A stretch of 64,000 bases of DNA from Octopus vulgaris. Taxonomy: Eukaryota. How positions within the stretch are numbered: position 1 is the first letter of the stretch; each line of letters starts with the position of its first letter. This document shows positions 51,783 through 64,000 of this stretch, in pieces. The stretch is taken from positions 7,440,001 to 7,504,000 of the forward strand of contig OX597822.1 in assembly GCA_951406725.2 (NCBI GenBank), read 5' to 3'. Under the pieces are notes generated by a model. It saw nothing but the letters and a program-made list of their open reading frames with translations, made no database searches and was not told the origin of the DNA. The position numbers were made by a program, and so were the translations under genes.

Positions 51783-52028
51783 GAGGCGCGTGGCGTAGTG
51801 GGAAGGGTGTCAGCATCATGAACGTAAGATTGTGGTTTCGATTCCTGGACCGGGCGACGCGTTGTGTTCTTGAGCCAAACACTACACTTCATGTTGCCCC
51901 AGTCCAGCCAGCTGGCAAAAATGAGCAACGCTGCAATGGACTGGCGTCCCGTCCAGCTGGGGAAAACATACGCCATTGAAACCGGGAAACCGGGCCCATG
52001 AGCCTGGCTAGGCTTTAAAAGGGCGCCT
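51782..52028 (+). mobile_element. tRNA SINE with family-D head and centre but a different 3' region containing a V-domain-like motif
   Basis: ggcgacgcgttgtgttcttgagc..cagctggcaaaaatgag shared with the 36.9-kb copy, then tgcaatggactggcgtcccgtccag. Confidence 0.8.
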
Positions 52029-52029
52029 T

Positions 52030-52068
<39 letters not shown>

Positions 52069-52284
52069 CATATAATCAAATAGGGTAATAAAATAAATTA
52101 TTATTACCCTATTTGATTATGTTTTAATATTGCTTGATAAATTTGTTCGTAAATCTTTTACCGGCATCCTCTCTGTTCGCCGGGTATGGTTTGCGTCTGC
52201 GCAGAGGTTTGAAAAGTTAGGATATACAAACCGTTAGATCTACATGTGCTTCTAACAGTCTGTGCGTCTAGGATTACGAAGGCT

Positions 52285-52362
52285 TCCCACTGAAGAACCT
52301 GGCCTGGCGAATATATTCAGTGTGTTTGCTAAAAAAATAGGTAGAAACCGTTCGGTCTGGGA
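52285..52362 (+). ncRNA. Type I hammerhead ribozyme motif with extended stem II
   Basis: TCCCA-CTGAAGA-ACCT..(hairpin)..AGGTa-GAAA-CCGTTCGG-TC-TGGGA; GUC triplet. Confidence 0.8.
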
Positions 52363-52480
52363 TATAGCTGGGATGGTAAATGTTTTTAATTTTCATTCCT
52401 TTCATGAATTTATCCCTTTTTGTGTTTCTAGCACTACGCTTCCTTATTTGGAAGCCTTTTATTATATTTATGTATCTATG

Positions 52481-52552
<72 letters not shown>

Positions 52553-53499
52553 TATGTATGTATATAAATATATATATAAATATATATGTATGTATATATG
52601 TGTATTATCTTTTATTCTTTTACATGTTTCAGTCATTTGAACCCGGAACCATGTGGTGGGTAAGCAAGATACTTACCACGCCACCACCTATATTAAAATC
52701 AAAATGTAAGATAATTCAGTATATTCTGCTGAATGTCAGCATACCGATAATCCGGAGTCTGTGTAATATTTCTATATCAATCTATATATACATATATTGG
52801 TTTTAAACTTCAGCAAAAGGCCAGAATCGTGAAGGGAGTGGGTACATCACTGACGGCGTCGGTGTCCCCACATGTACTTATTTGAACGACTAGGTATGAC
52901 GAAAGCAAAGTCGAATCCGTCATCCTTTGGATTCAGATGTATATATAGCTAAGCATTTTGTCCGGCACAGTAATACTTCTGCCAGCTCGTTGCCTTATAT
53001 TCGTATATATATTATGTGCACAATTACTCTCGCAGACAGACACACGCACACACACACAAACACAAACACACACAAACAGACAAACAGACACACAAACACA
53101 TTCACTCACACAGACACACTCTGTCATACAAACCTACACATGCAGTGTAGGTTTGTTTATATTTATACAAACTGGGATGTTCCAATGTAATACATGACAG
53201 AATAAGATTGTACATTGAATAGTTGCTTTCGCTTATATGAATTTACGAAATATCTGAAATAAGAGATATCTTACATCTCGTATTAAATACAAATGAATTT
53301 ATGGAAAATGCCTCCCACAAAGTCTGCTATCTTTAAAATCAACCACTAATAAATAAAAGCTTATGAAATATTAGTATCGTTTTTCTTATACAAGTATGTA
53401 TTGTTTTGCCGGGCGAAGATCCAGGAAGTCTGTTTGTCATGACATAGGGCACTTTCGTTTGAAGACAGAGACATTCCCTTCTTGGAGTTTATAGAAATG

Positions 53500-53920
53500 C
53501 AAATTCAATTACGAAGTGTGTAGACAATGTAAATATGTAAAGAGCACTCCACGAGGTGGCAGATATCTGATTTGCTTGTCAACTTACTGGTGAGAATAGG
53601 AGGAAATACGACTAAGTGCTGAATACGGCTTTCAAAATCCCCTTCTAAATGCATTAAATCAGCTTCACGGTGATACATATGATACAAGCCAAATGATAAG
53701 CTATATTTGTTCATGAAAACAGGTCATGAGTTGGAACATCTTGCAAATAGGATAGCATTGATATCTACGAAGCTGAAACGTTTATTTAAATCTGCACTTT
53801 TAAAACTTGGCAGCCCAGTTCATAGTCTGCTCATTCTAGTAATCTTGATGTTGCTCACTATAGAGCGTGTCGATTTAATGTCTCATATTTTAGTATCAGC
53901 TGTAGGTAAGTTGTGATGCA
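53500..53920 (-). mobile_element. Possible hAT (Charlie/SPIN-like) transposase C-terminal remnant
   Basis: Weak: SFG..Y.REA and SKSDICHLVECSLHI recall FGSTYxCE and RSRLxDxHLExxLRI. Confidence 0.3.
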
Positions 53921-54189
53921 TCAGTAACGTGAGCTTCAAATTTGAAATAGTGCTAAATTTTCACTTGTCACTGTCAAATTCTCGGTGAGACATGAAGTGG
54001 AGAGCTCAAGCAATATCTCATTCTCTGCCACCAGTTTGATATAATTACCTTGTTTTGCGAAATATATGAAGATGTTTTCATGTATTATTTTGATAACCTA
54101 AATATGTTTCGATCAAAGTCTGACCCAGACCATGTCTAAATTAATAAGACAGGTTTTTAAAGACAGGTTTTTGTTATCGTCGCCAATTC

Positions 54190-54480
54190 AAGGAGTTATT
54201 AACAGAGCTATATACGGGTATAGGTGGCTCGTCTGCTACCGCTTGAAGAAATATACCAGTTTTCGTTTAAATGTGAGGAGATCTTTTCCCTCTTTGATTA
54301 GTTTCGGGATAATGTTAAATAGAGCAGGTCTTCTTGAGGAAAGCAAACTGTTTGTAGTAAATTTATGTGTTGTGAGTCTTAATTGAGTCGTGGACGAATA
54401 GCACGTGTCCCTAAAGAAGGATGAATTCTTTATCTGCTGTTCAGGTCGTTTGTACAATGCTAGTGGCATATTATATAGCT
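54190..54480 (-). mobile_element. CR1-like LINE ORF2 C-terminal fragment
   Basis: RPALFNIIPKLIKEGKDLLTFKRKLVYF matches the xxNxLP...FKxxLDxxL end motif. Confidence 0.7.
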
Positions 54481-55299
54481 CTGAGAACTACGGTATAATG
54501 AATGAAGATTCAATGTCTTACGATCAGTCTTATTTTTTTTGTGGATGTTCCCTGTGATGTCTCAAATAACGTAACGTTTTGTTTCGTGTAGGGAGCAATA
54601 TCCTAGATGTATGCGAGGAGTCATGTGCTAGCTGATGGTAGGGGTTACTTCTGAATAAACGGCTGCTGACAGCCCGTTGGTCCCCCAGGCTTATGCTGGC
54701 CTTCATGTACTTCAGAGACGTCAGTGAAAAATAAAATCTTCCTTCATAATTCGTCTTTTTAGGTGATGTGTTGTACTTTTTTTATTCTATTTGATACTAT
54801 GTTTTTCCTGCTGTTTCTTCTGATAGATGAGATATTTTGTTGGTCGACGTGAGGAGGTGGAATATGGTTGTATTTTGTATTTGTTGCACCTTTCTTTTGT
54901 TTTGTGCTTTCTAGACGGTGGTAGCTACATTCCAGGCTCAGATATATCCCTAGAAGTAGAAGATTCTGGTACCGTTTAGGACGAATGAAGGCACACCTGT
55001 TGCATATTCTGCATCCTTATTCAGGGTCAGGATCAGAGATTTTATATTTGATAGAGGAGCGCGTTTGAAGGTGGAAACAGACTGTTGCCGTTATACGATA
55101 TGGACAAGTGTCGTTTGTAAGTATATGGCATAAGGAAGGACGAGAGAAGGAAGCAGAGTCTTCCTGGTTGTTGTTCCTGTTTGGTGCACTTAACATACAT
55201 ACGTTGAGAATGATAACGGCAGGATTTTTAGGAGTTTAATAGTTTTTTTTTCTGTATTAGCATGTGAGATGGTGGGTGACTTGTTGATCGGAGTTCTTA

Positions 55300-55312
55300 A
55301 AGTAGTAGTAGT

Positions 55313-55367
<55 letters not shown>

Positions 55368-55389
55368 ATAGTAGCAGCAGCAGCAGATA

Positions 55390-55456
<67 letters not shown>

Positions 55457-55475
55457 TGCTGTTGTTGTTGTTGTT
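55300..55475 (+). repeat. (GTA)n/(GCA)n/(GTT)n compound microsatellite
   Basis: Direct reading. Confidence 0.95.
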
Positions 55476-55907
55476 TCTGCTGAAGCGAAATCTGACCTGT
55501 CTTGATGATAGTAGTCTTTTGAATTGAATTCCGATTTACTGATGTAAGTCTGAGAGAAATGAGATCAGATGGTGAAATCAAGCAGACGCTAGTTGCTGTT
55601 GGCTAAGGGTAGTTGATGTTCTCCTGACCCGTTGCCATGGCACCGAGTGGTGCTTTGCTCTCATTGACCAGTATAGCTTCTAGTTGTCCATGTTCGTGCG
55701 TTCGTTTTATTCTCAATTTGCTTATCGGTTCTTTAAAGAGATTGTGAATCTAATTTTCCAGCAATTTTACTGTAAATATTGGTTATCTCAGCATCTTTGT
55801 GATGAGCGTAAAAAGGGGAAATACTACCGCGCTTCAGTCATGAATGACTCTGGGATTGCAACTACAAAGTTCTCCGCGGCACAAGTCCCGTCAAGATTGT
55901 TTATGTG

Positions 55908-56160
55908 AGGCCAGTGGTCACCCATGCATTCCAGTCTCCCCTCTCAACGCCACCGATGTTGCACAAGGTAAAGAAAGGTTAAGGCCGATACAGTCTGGCA
56001 CCTGTGAAGTCGTAACACATTTCTACAGCTGAGTGAACTGGAGCAACGTGAAATAAATTGTCTTCTTTAAGAACACATCACACAGCTCGGTGCAGGAATC
56101 GAACTCACAACCTCATGAATGTGAGACTGACGCTGAAACCAATGAGCTATGCGTCTTCGC
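55908..56160 (-). mobile_element. tRNA SINE with family-D head and centre and a third tail type
   Basis: actggagcaacgtgaaataaa and ggaatcgaactcacaacct shared with the 36.9-kb copy; 3' part unrelated. Confidence 0.75.
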
Positions 56161-58009
56161 TGATGTGTGTACCAAGCATTTATTAGCGCACTAATATAAT
56201 TTCCTACCTAATGTCGTTTCAAAATATTATTAGCCATGTTCAGTAGAAAGTATAGTATTATGCACTAGTTATTGGTGAGTTAGATAATTTAATTTAAAGT
56301 ATAATTGTGCTTATGTGTCCGTAAGAAGTTTATCTGTGATATATGCGGAGGTATATGTATGAGAGTATACCTGGGTAAGTGTGTACTTGTGTAATGTCTG
56401 TGATTTCAGCGTATCTAATACACATCAGAAGACATTTACAGTGCATGTATGAGCTTGTGACAACGGAAACAATCTGGTGCTCAATAAAATCGCACCAGAG
56501 TTTTTAAAAGTAATCTTGAGATTTAACAGACATTGCTTGTTCATTTTTCTATGAAGGTGATATCTCTCAGCAATATGTCTAACATAAAAAGAAAACAAAA
56601 TGCATCATTGTTATCGCTATTGTCACATTAATATGAATTGTCAATATTGTGTAGCAATGTCTGAGACCTTGTTTTAATTTATCTTTTAATTAAATTTTAC
56701 TAAAATTGTCTGCTATCTATCTAATTAATAAAAATCGATATTGCTCTGAGTGATATCTAAATATATTCATTATGACATATACGCATGTTTGATTTTTCAA
56801 GACGTTCATTGAAGTGAATATCAATAAATCTCATTATCTAATTAATCTGATTAATAGTTAAACATAGAATAATATTTACATTTATATTGAGTTCCAATTT
56901 TCTTGGTTTCCTATTGTCGACAGTAAATTTCTTGAATAGTTTGAAATACATTGAAATGAGAGATATTTATAGGTATTATTAATAAGGTCAGGGGACTGAA
57001 AAATTATCGGACATTGCCCCATGTCGTCTGTGAGTAATAAATAACAACGCGTTGTTTAGGATTCTAGTTCCTTAATGTTAATTAGTTCTCTCTGATACAA
57101 GCATACCATTTCAAGAAAAGAAGTTATTCAATGAAAGGGTTGCAATTACTTTACTAGTTTAAAAAAAAAAGTATGGCACTGCATAGGTGAAATGCAAATG
57201 TGAATTCGGTAGGAATAAAACACATCACATCACAAATTGATTGAATTATACACTGCACTATATTCTTCCCAGGCTTTAAATACACCTCCTCTACTTACGA
57301 ACGAATTCCGTCCCGACTGATAGATTGGAAGCCGATCTGATCCTATGTCGGATTTATATTTTTCGACACTATTTTCATTTAAACGCAACTAATACTTGAA
57401 AGCGAATGAGTGGGAGACAGTGGAAGGCAATAGATGCCTGGGTCTCAAAGAGGACTCTGTTGCCTGATGCTGCATAATTACCCTATGCACGGCTGAGAAA
57501 TATCAGAAAAGTGATATTTTAATCTATTTAGTTTTTTTCTTTTATTTCCTTATATTTTCTGGTCGTAAGTCGCTTAGGTCGTGAGTCGAGGAGAAGGTGT
57601 ATTCTTATGTTTAAATGTAACAGCTGTTTCTGATTTAGACAATATTAAAGAAAGCAAGATATTGCCCTCATTCGGTGCGGAAGGTGGAAAGGTAAAATCT
57701 AACCTCGACGGCATCTGAACTCAGATTTTAAAAGACCGAAACATACCCCGCTAAATTTTTTTTGCAATGGTCTGTATATGATCGCAATTTTCAAATGTCA
57801 ATATATAATTCAAAGGATGCGAGCTGGGAGAATCGTTAACACAACGGCTAAAATTCCGACAAGCTGAACTTTGCATTTCATCATTTGAAGGTCAAGTAGT
57901 TAAATAGCAGTCGAGAGCCGGAGTCGATCCAATCAACTTGCGACCCTTACCCAAAATTACATGCCTTGTGCTAAACATTGAAACCAAAAATATATATTTC
58001 TCACATACT

Positions 58010-58420
58010 CTTTCTCTTTTACTCTTTTACTTGTTTCAGTCATTTGACTGCGGCGATGCTGGAGCACCGCCTTTAATCGAGAAACTCGACCCCGGGACTT
58101 ATTCTTTGTAAGCCCAGTACTTATTCTATCGGTCTCTTTTGCCGAACCGCTAAGTGACGGGGACATAGACACACCAGCATCGGTTGTCAAGCAATGGTAG
58201 GGGGGCCAGACGCACAAACATACACACATACACATTCATACATATATATACATATATACGACGGGCTTCTTTCAGTTTCCGTCTACCAAATCTACTCACA
58301 AGGCTTTGGTCGGCCCGAGGCTATAGTAGAAGATACTTGCACAAGGTGCCACGCAGTGGGACTGAACCCGGAACCATGTGGTTGGTAAACAAGCTACTTA
58401 CCACACAGCCACACCTGCGC
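58010..58420 (-). mobile_element. SINE family A, full length
   Basis: High similarity to the other family A copies. Confidence 0.93.
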
Positions 58421-60867
58421 CTGGAGTGAATAGTAATGTATGACGAAAGCAAAAGCGAATCCAATGTTTTCAGTATTTATATTGAATATACATTATGTAT
58501 AGAGAAAATCAGAGTTATGCCAAAGTATATACATCATCACATCGTCACCGTATTGATTTTGGATATCATCATTTTAATAACATCAATATTAATAATGACA
58601 GTGGCCTTTATTTATTTAGTTGTACAGCAGGAAATTCATAAAAGAAATAAATTGAAAGATAAATGGAAGCAAAATATCAGACACACCATTTTTGGAATGT
58701 CGCCTATTGAACTTCTGCATAAGTTTGACAAATCAAAACAAATGTTATAATGAAGATGAAGAAGACGATAAAGATGATAGTCCGATATTGACAATAACGG
58801 TGTTATGCTCAGCTCCTAGACATATATATTTCAGAGATATCGACACCATGGACAAATAAGCAATTACATCCGACGCTATAATATATATTTAAACACACAC
58901 ACACATTCATATATGAAAACAATAATAAAACATAGGACATGGAAAAATGCTCTAAATTTTTATGTATGTATACATGCAGACTCACACCCACTCAGACACA
59001 CATGCGTACATTCACATACATACACACACATTCATACTCACACATTCACACACACATACATACACACACACTCATAAATGCACTCGTATGCACACACATC
59101 CATACATTAATACATACACATTTAAATATCCCAGATTCTGGCCTGAATTTGCGTTTTTTAACAATTATGTTTCATTTGTTTTCTGCTTTGGTTGGTTCAA
59201 GTGACAGTATCGATACGTTCTATTTTCAATATCGTTATAAAATTATGCATAAAAACTCCTTTATATTACCTCAGGAGGTCTGACTGTAGTTATGCATTAT
59301 TCTACAAAGAACTTTCAATCACTTTTATGAAGAGAACTGCACTTGTGAATATTAAATAAAAAAACCTTTCATGACGTTATATATTCAGTATTCATTTTTT
59401 AATGATTTTTTTCTTTAAACATTTACTAAAAATCTCTTTCAATTTCACGTTGCATGGCCAAACCAACCCTCCCCATATTGGATCCTAGCGTTACGTTTAT
59501 GAACAGTAAAAGAGCCCTGTTTTTGGTATTCAAATTTACTTAGTTATTCTATCTTTATTTTGACATGACTATTAAATTGGTAGAAACGTTAAAGCACCGA
59601 GCATAATGACTAAAAAAAAAAATTAAATTCAGTGGTATTCCATCTCAGGTCGAGCGATGCTGAGTTGAAACTCGTTTATACTTCGGAGAAAGATAAATTG
59701 AATTACCGGCCAATTTATATCTGTAGGAGTATGAAAGTATTTCGAGAAAACAATAATGTTTTCTTCTTTTAGTTCACATTACTATAACTGTTTGTAATAT
59801 TTTCTATACAACCTGTCGTGTCTTCTGATGCAACCCTATTATACTACATCACTTGACCTTCTCGTCATTGTTTCTAAAATCATTTCATAAAATGCATGCA
59901 CAATTTTATATATTGTCTTTGTGCTGGATTTTGCCTTTAAAAATGGAAGCATGCCTTATATACCAAAATGATTAATGCTATAAATAATGATCAAAGATAT
60001 TTTGTAAATGGTTTAAGGGCTTCTGTCTTTTAATATTGATAGGGTAATTTCTACTGCTACTACAACTGTTGATGATTTTAAGTGAATGGAACGATGATAA
60101 TAGTAATGATCGCAAAAGCTGAAGATTATTATATGCGAGTGGAATTGTGGGAAGAGGTTATATTTTCCATATTTTTTCTCTTCGCGTGATAGAAACCACC
60201 TCCAGAAACTCATATTTAAGTAAATCTACGCTTTACTTCGTGGAGATTTTCCCACCATTATATTTCCCCCGATTATGCATTGTTACATTCGTAGGAAACT
60301 GATAATTTGGAGGATGAGGTTTTTCACGTATAATCACATTCCAGTTAATCACATTTTCGTTTTTTCTTTCGGCAAATTTTCATCCAGCAATTTGTGTCTG
60401 GCAAAAGTGTTTGCTATTATACGATTTTCAATTTGGCTTTTTGTGCCACTGCTTCCTTCATTGCTGGCAACGATATCGCTTCTACTAATGGTGGTGGCTC
60501 TTTAGAGCACAATTTCAAGCGTGACCATTGAAAATGAGCAAACAAATAAATAAATAAAAAGAAACAAAATAAATAAAATAAAATAACATAAGCAAATGGC
60601 TTTGATGTTTTGCTGTTAATAGACATTGACGAAATTTATGCTGGTTACGTTTTTACTGCCTTCCTCCAGCTTTTCATATGATAGCACGACTACACTTTGT
60701 ATGCTGTAGTGGTTTGTTTTAAAACTGCTTTTGATGCTGCTCATGATGCAACTATATACGAAATAACTTTGGAAAGTGTTGCCAGATCTGCATAATGCGT
60801 CCAAGACACTTAATCAGCTCAGCGCTTCTGTTAATAATCAGTGTTAATAATGTTGCATATAGTTATG

Positions 60868-61075
60868 GTGGCGGTGCTGGCAGAAACTTTAGCACAGCGG
60901 GCGAAATGCTTTGCAGTATTGCATTTGTCTGTACGTCCTGAGGCCAAATTCCGTCGAAGACGACTCTGCCTTTCATGCTTTGGGGGTCGATCAATTAATT
61001 ACCTGTTGCCTTCTGGGTCGATCTAATCGACTGGTCCCCTCCCCCAAAATCTAGGGCCTTCTACCTAGAGTGGTG
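60868..61075 (+). mobile_element. SINE family B variant with alternative tail
   Basis: ggcggtgctggcagaaac..gcctttcatgctttgggggtcgat..tcccctcccccaaaat; similar decayed copies at ~25985-26110, 28990-29185, 52800-52995, 57670-57990, 62870-63072. Confidence 0.8.
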
Positions 61076-62214
61076 AAAGAAAGAATGCTACATATAGTTA
61101 CATAAGATCTGTGTGGCTCTATAAAATATCTCTATTTATGTATCTATCATAGCTAGCACAAACTAACGTGGTGAAATGACAATGATAGCAACGGTAAATG
61201 TAGAATTCAACTGCTTTGGGTTGTTTTAGTGAAACTCGAGTTTCGTTTCCTTGACGTTTGCTAACACTAAATATTTCAGAATTACTTTCACGTGACTTAA
61301 TGTGTGGGTGTATTTGTGCTTATGTCTGTGGATGGGTATATGTGAATTGCTGTTGCCGATGTTTTCATGGTTTACAAGTTATATACATTAAGATTATTTT
61401 GTATAGAATTATTATTAGAATGCTTCTATTCTCTTAAATTATATCTTCGTTTGTAAATATCTTTATTGAATCCTCATTAAGTTTATAATGAGGTTTGTTT
61501 AAGCGTTGAAAAACTTTGTCTAATGTGAATTATTTATGTTTGCAGTTAATGTACATACATCTCACGGAATTGAAAATTACTACAAATGTAATTATATGTA
61601 TAAATGCTGCTTAAAAGTACTCCACTGTCTTCTGTTCTTACCTATTTGAAATATTCATTTTAACATTTTAATAAAGAATATTCTTCACCAACTGATAAAC
61701 GCAATCTGGGAATGATCCAAAAGTTCTCAGAGACTGTATATGGAGAAGGCGGATAACAGAAAAATGTAATAAGCATTTGTGATAATGTTGATGGTGTGTA
61801 TATTGATGTTGATGGTAATCATATCGAAAATAATTTACTGGAAAAGAGAAAAAAATAAAATCACTCTCTACTTATAACAGAGATGCAAACACAATCAGAA
61901 ATTTGAAAATTAATCTGTCTTGCAATGTAGCAAAATTCTACATCACCCATATGGACTGTTGATGCTGAGGGCTTTGAAAGAGCTTCTGGTGCTTCTGAAG
62001 CTAAAATATGTTTGGAGCTAAATGGAATGTAACCAGCAATATGAAATATAATGACTCCCGGAGGAAAGCATCTTACTGTGCAGACATTCATATTTAACTT
62101 ATCGACAAAAAACATTTAAAATAAAAAAAAATGTTTTTCCAGTTCCGTGGGTCAATAGATCATAATATTTTGTTATATTTCCACACTAACTACACCTTCT
62201 GGTTAGGCATGCAT

Positions 62215-62256
<42 letters not shown>

Positions 62257-63329
62257 ACATACACACACACACACACACACATACACACACACATATATAT
62301 ATATATATATATTACAACAACATAGGAACACAAAACGATTTTTCAATTAACTTTGAACTTTAAACTCTACTAAGATGTACGGGAAAAAGATTGATTATCA
62401 GAAACTATTTTGTTTACTCTAGAGAATTAGAAGATCCATATCTGTGCAATAATAATCATAATGATATAATGTTATCTTGTTGGTACAAACGCAGACAATA
62501 AAAGAATGAAACAAATTAGTTAGTTAAGAACGTTAGTTATCAGCATTCAACTATTATAGAAATCTAAAATTTGTAATCCTCATGATCATACTGTAAAAAA
62601 TGGTTAATAGATCACTATTTAAAACGACAGAAGCAAAACAGTTAATTAGTATAATCAAATTCAAATGTTAGTTGTCATTTCAGTTGTTTGTGGCATTGAA
62701 AATAAAATCTTAAGAGTAGCTATGAAATACTTGTTAATGGTAAGATGTAGACGAATGCACACTACAGAGATATGTAACAAGTAAGATAAATCAGAAAATC
62801 CCCTGTGAGTATATATCGTTTCACAAATGTTCATATCTAATGCTGTGAATTTTATCAGCAACAATATTCAAATGTTGGCACGGGGCCATCTATTTCGTTG
62901 AAGGGTCTAAACTGATTGTATTTGCACCAGTAATCAAGCGGTCCTTATGTTAGCGAACCCGAAAGAATGTAAGGCAAATCCGAACCCCACGGAATTTGAA
63001 GTCAGAACGTACAGACGCATTTCGATAAGCATTTCACCCAGCATGCTAACGATTCAGCAAGTTCGCTGCCTTCATCAGAAACATTGACAAAGTCATTTGT
63101 GAATTACGAGAAAGCAAGTACAGAGTGGCGCATTATTACAATTAATTTATCTTTATGATGATACCGGAAGACATGGATACATTAAAGAGCAAGCGGATTC
63201 TGGAAAGCTGTTGTCCCTAAATAAACTTATCCTCCATTGAAAACGATTATTAGTAAGTCGTTAATTACTAGATGCTTATGCACACAAACAAGCGCATATG
63301 TGCACACTCAGATATGCATATCTATACCT

Positions 63330-64000
63330 ATCTCTTTATATATGTTTGCCTGAGTGAGGTGTACAGGTGTGTACGTGTTGGGGAGTGTGTGCTATATGTA
63401 GTGACATTCCAGTCATTTACACCGACAGGTGGAAGAAAGTAGGGAAACAGAGAAAACTGACTTGGCGTGACGCGTGACGAACTACACTTTGTAGGCGAAA
63501 TGTAGAATGATGTCACATTTCGAGGAAAAACTTTCAAGACGAATGTTTTCGTTGTAAAGAACGCAACCAATCTGTTTCGTATCGAATGGTTAGCGTTATT
63601 TGACTTATGGGATCTCCCCATAAGTCGCTACTGCCAAAACAATTGGTTGTCCCTCTACAAATAAGCCGTCTGAGGAAGTGAAGAGGAAAGTAAAAAAGAT
63701 ATTTACCCAAGTACGGTCAGTACGCTGTGTTAGTATTCAAATACAATAGCAAAGTAAAGTTCGCTGCAATAAAACAACATAGATGAAGATATAGACAGAC
63801 TGGGAAAATCTTGAATGATTTAAAAGATGGATTACTCTAAATGGGAGTGTATGTGTATATACAAAAAAATAACAAAATTAAGGTGTGTGCCGACATTAGA
63901 ACGAGACTGAATAACGATTTAAAATCATGTCACTATCCACTTCCTATTCCAGAGGTTAGTTTTGCAAAATTCAATAGTGGCAACATATTCTCGAATTGGA
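63330..64000 (+). mobile_element. Decayed Ty3/Gypsy pol fragment (protease end to RT start)
   Basis: FVVKNATNLFRIEWLALFDLWDLPI; KIKVCAD...LNNDLKSCHYPLPIPE..FAKFNSGNIFS. Confidence 0.8.

Noticed and set aside
60417-60804. Possible DNA transposase remnant (DW..EPP-like text)
   Set aside because: Similarity too weak to support a call

Overview
AT-rich animal genomic DNA dominated by (TA)n, (CA)n, (AAT)n, (GAA)n and (GTA)n microsatellites. I infer a cephalopod (probably Octopus) from the SINE repertoire; no search was run. I see no intact host gene, and nearly all listed ORFs are microsatellite artefacts or decayed TE fragments. TE remnants: Penelope-like elements (PLE; RT and GIY-YIG), R4/Dong-type, CR1-like and RTE LINEs, Tigger/pogo and DD37-type Tc1/mariner transposases, BEL/Pao gag, Gypsy pol, a non-autonomous Helitron, a Merlin-like MITE and several tRNA-derived SINE families. 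The main hidden signal is about ten minimal type I hammerhead ribozyme (HHR) motifs in sequence-unrelated short repeats. Many are head-to-head inverted pairs beside (TA)n, and several have a U3:A8 covariant core. One lies downstream of a tRNA-like Pol III head, giving a candidate ribozyme-bearing SINE at about 13.7-14.1 kb. Also notable: a twin-priming-type 5' inversion in an R4/Dong LINE, head-less SINE tandem multimers, and SINE head/tail module shuffling. Coordinates were read by eye; edges of degenerate repeats are approximate.
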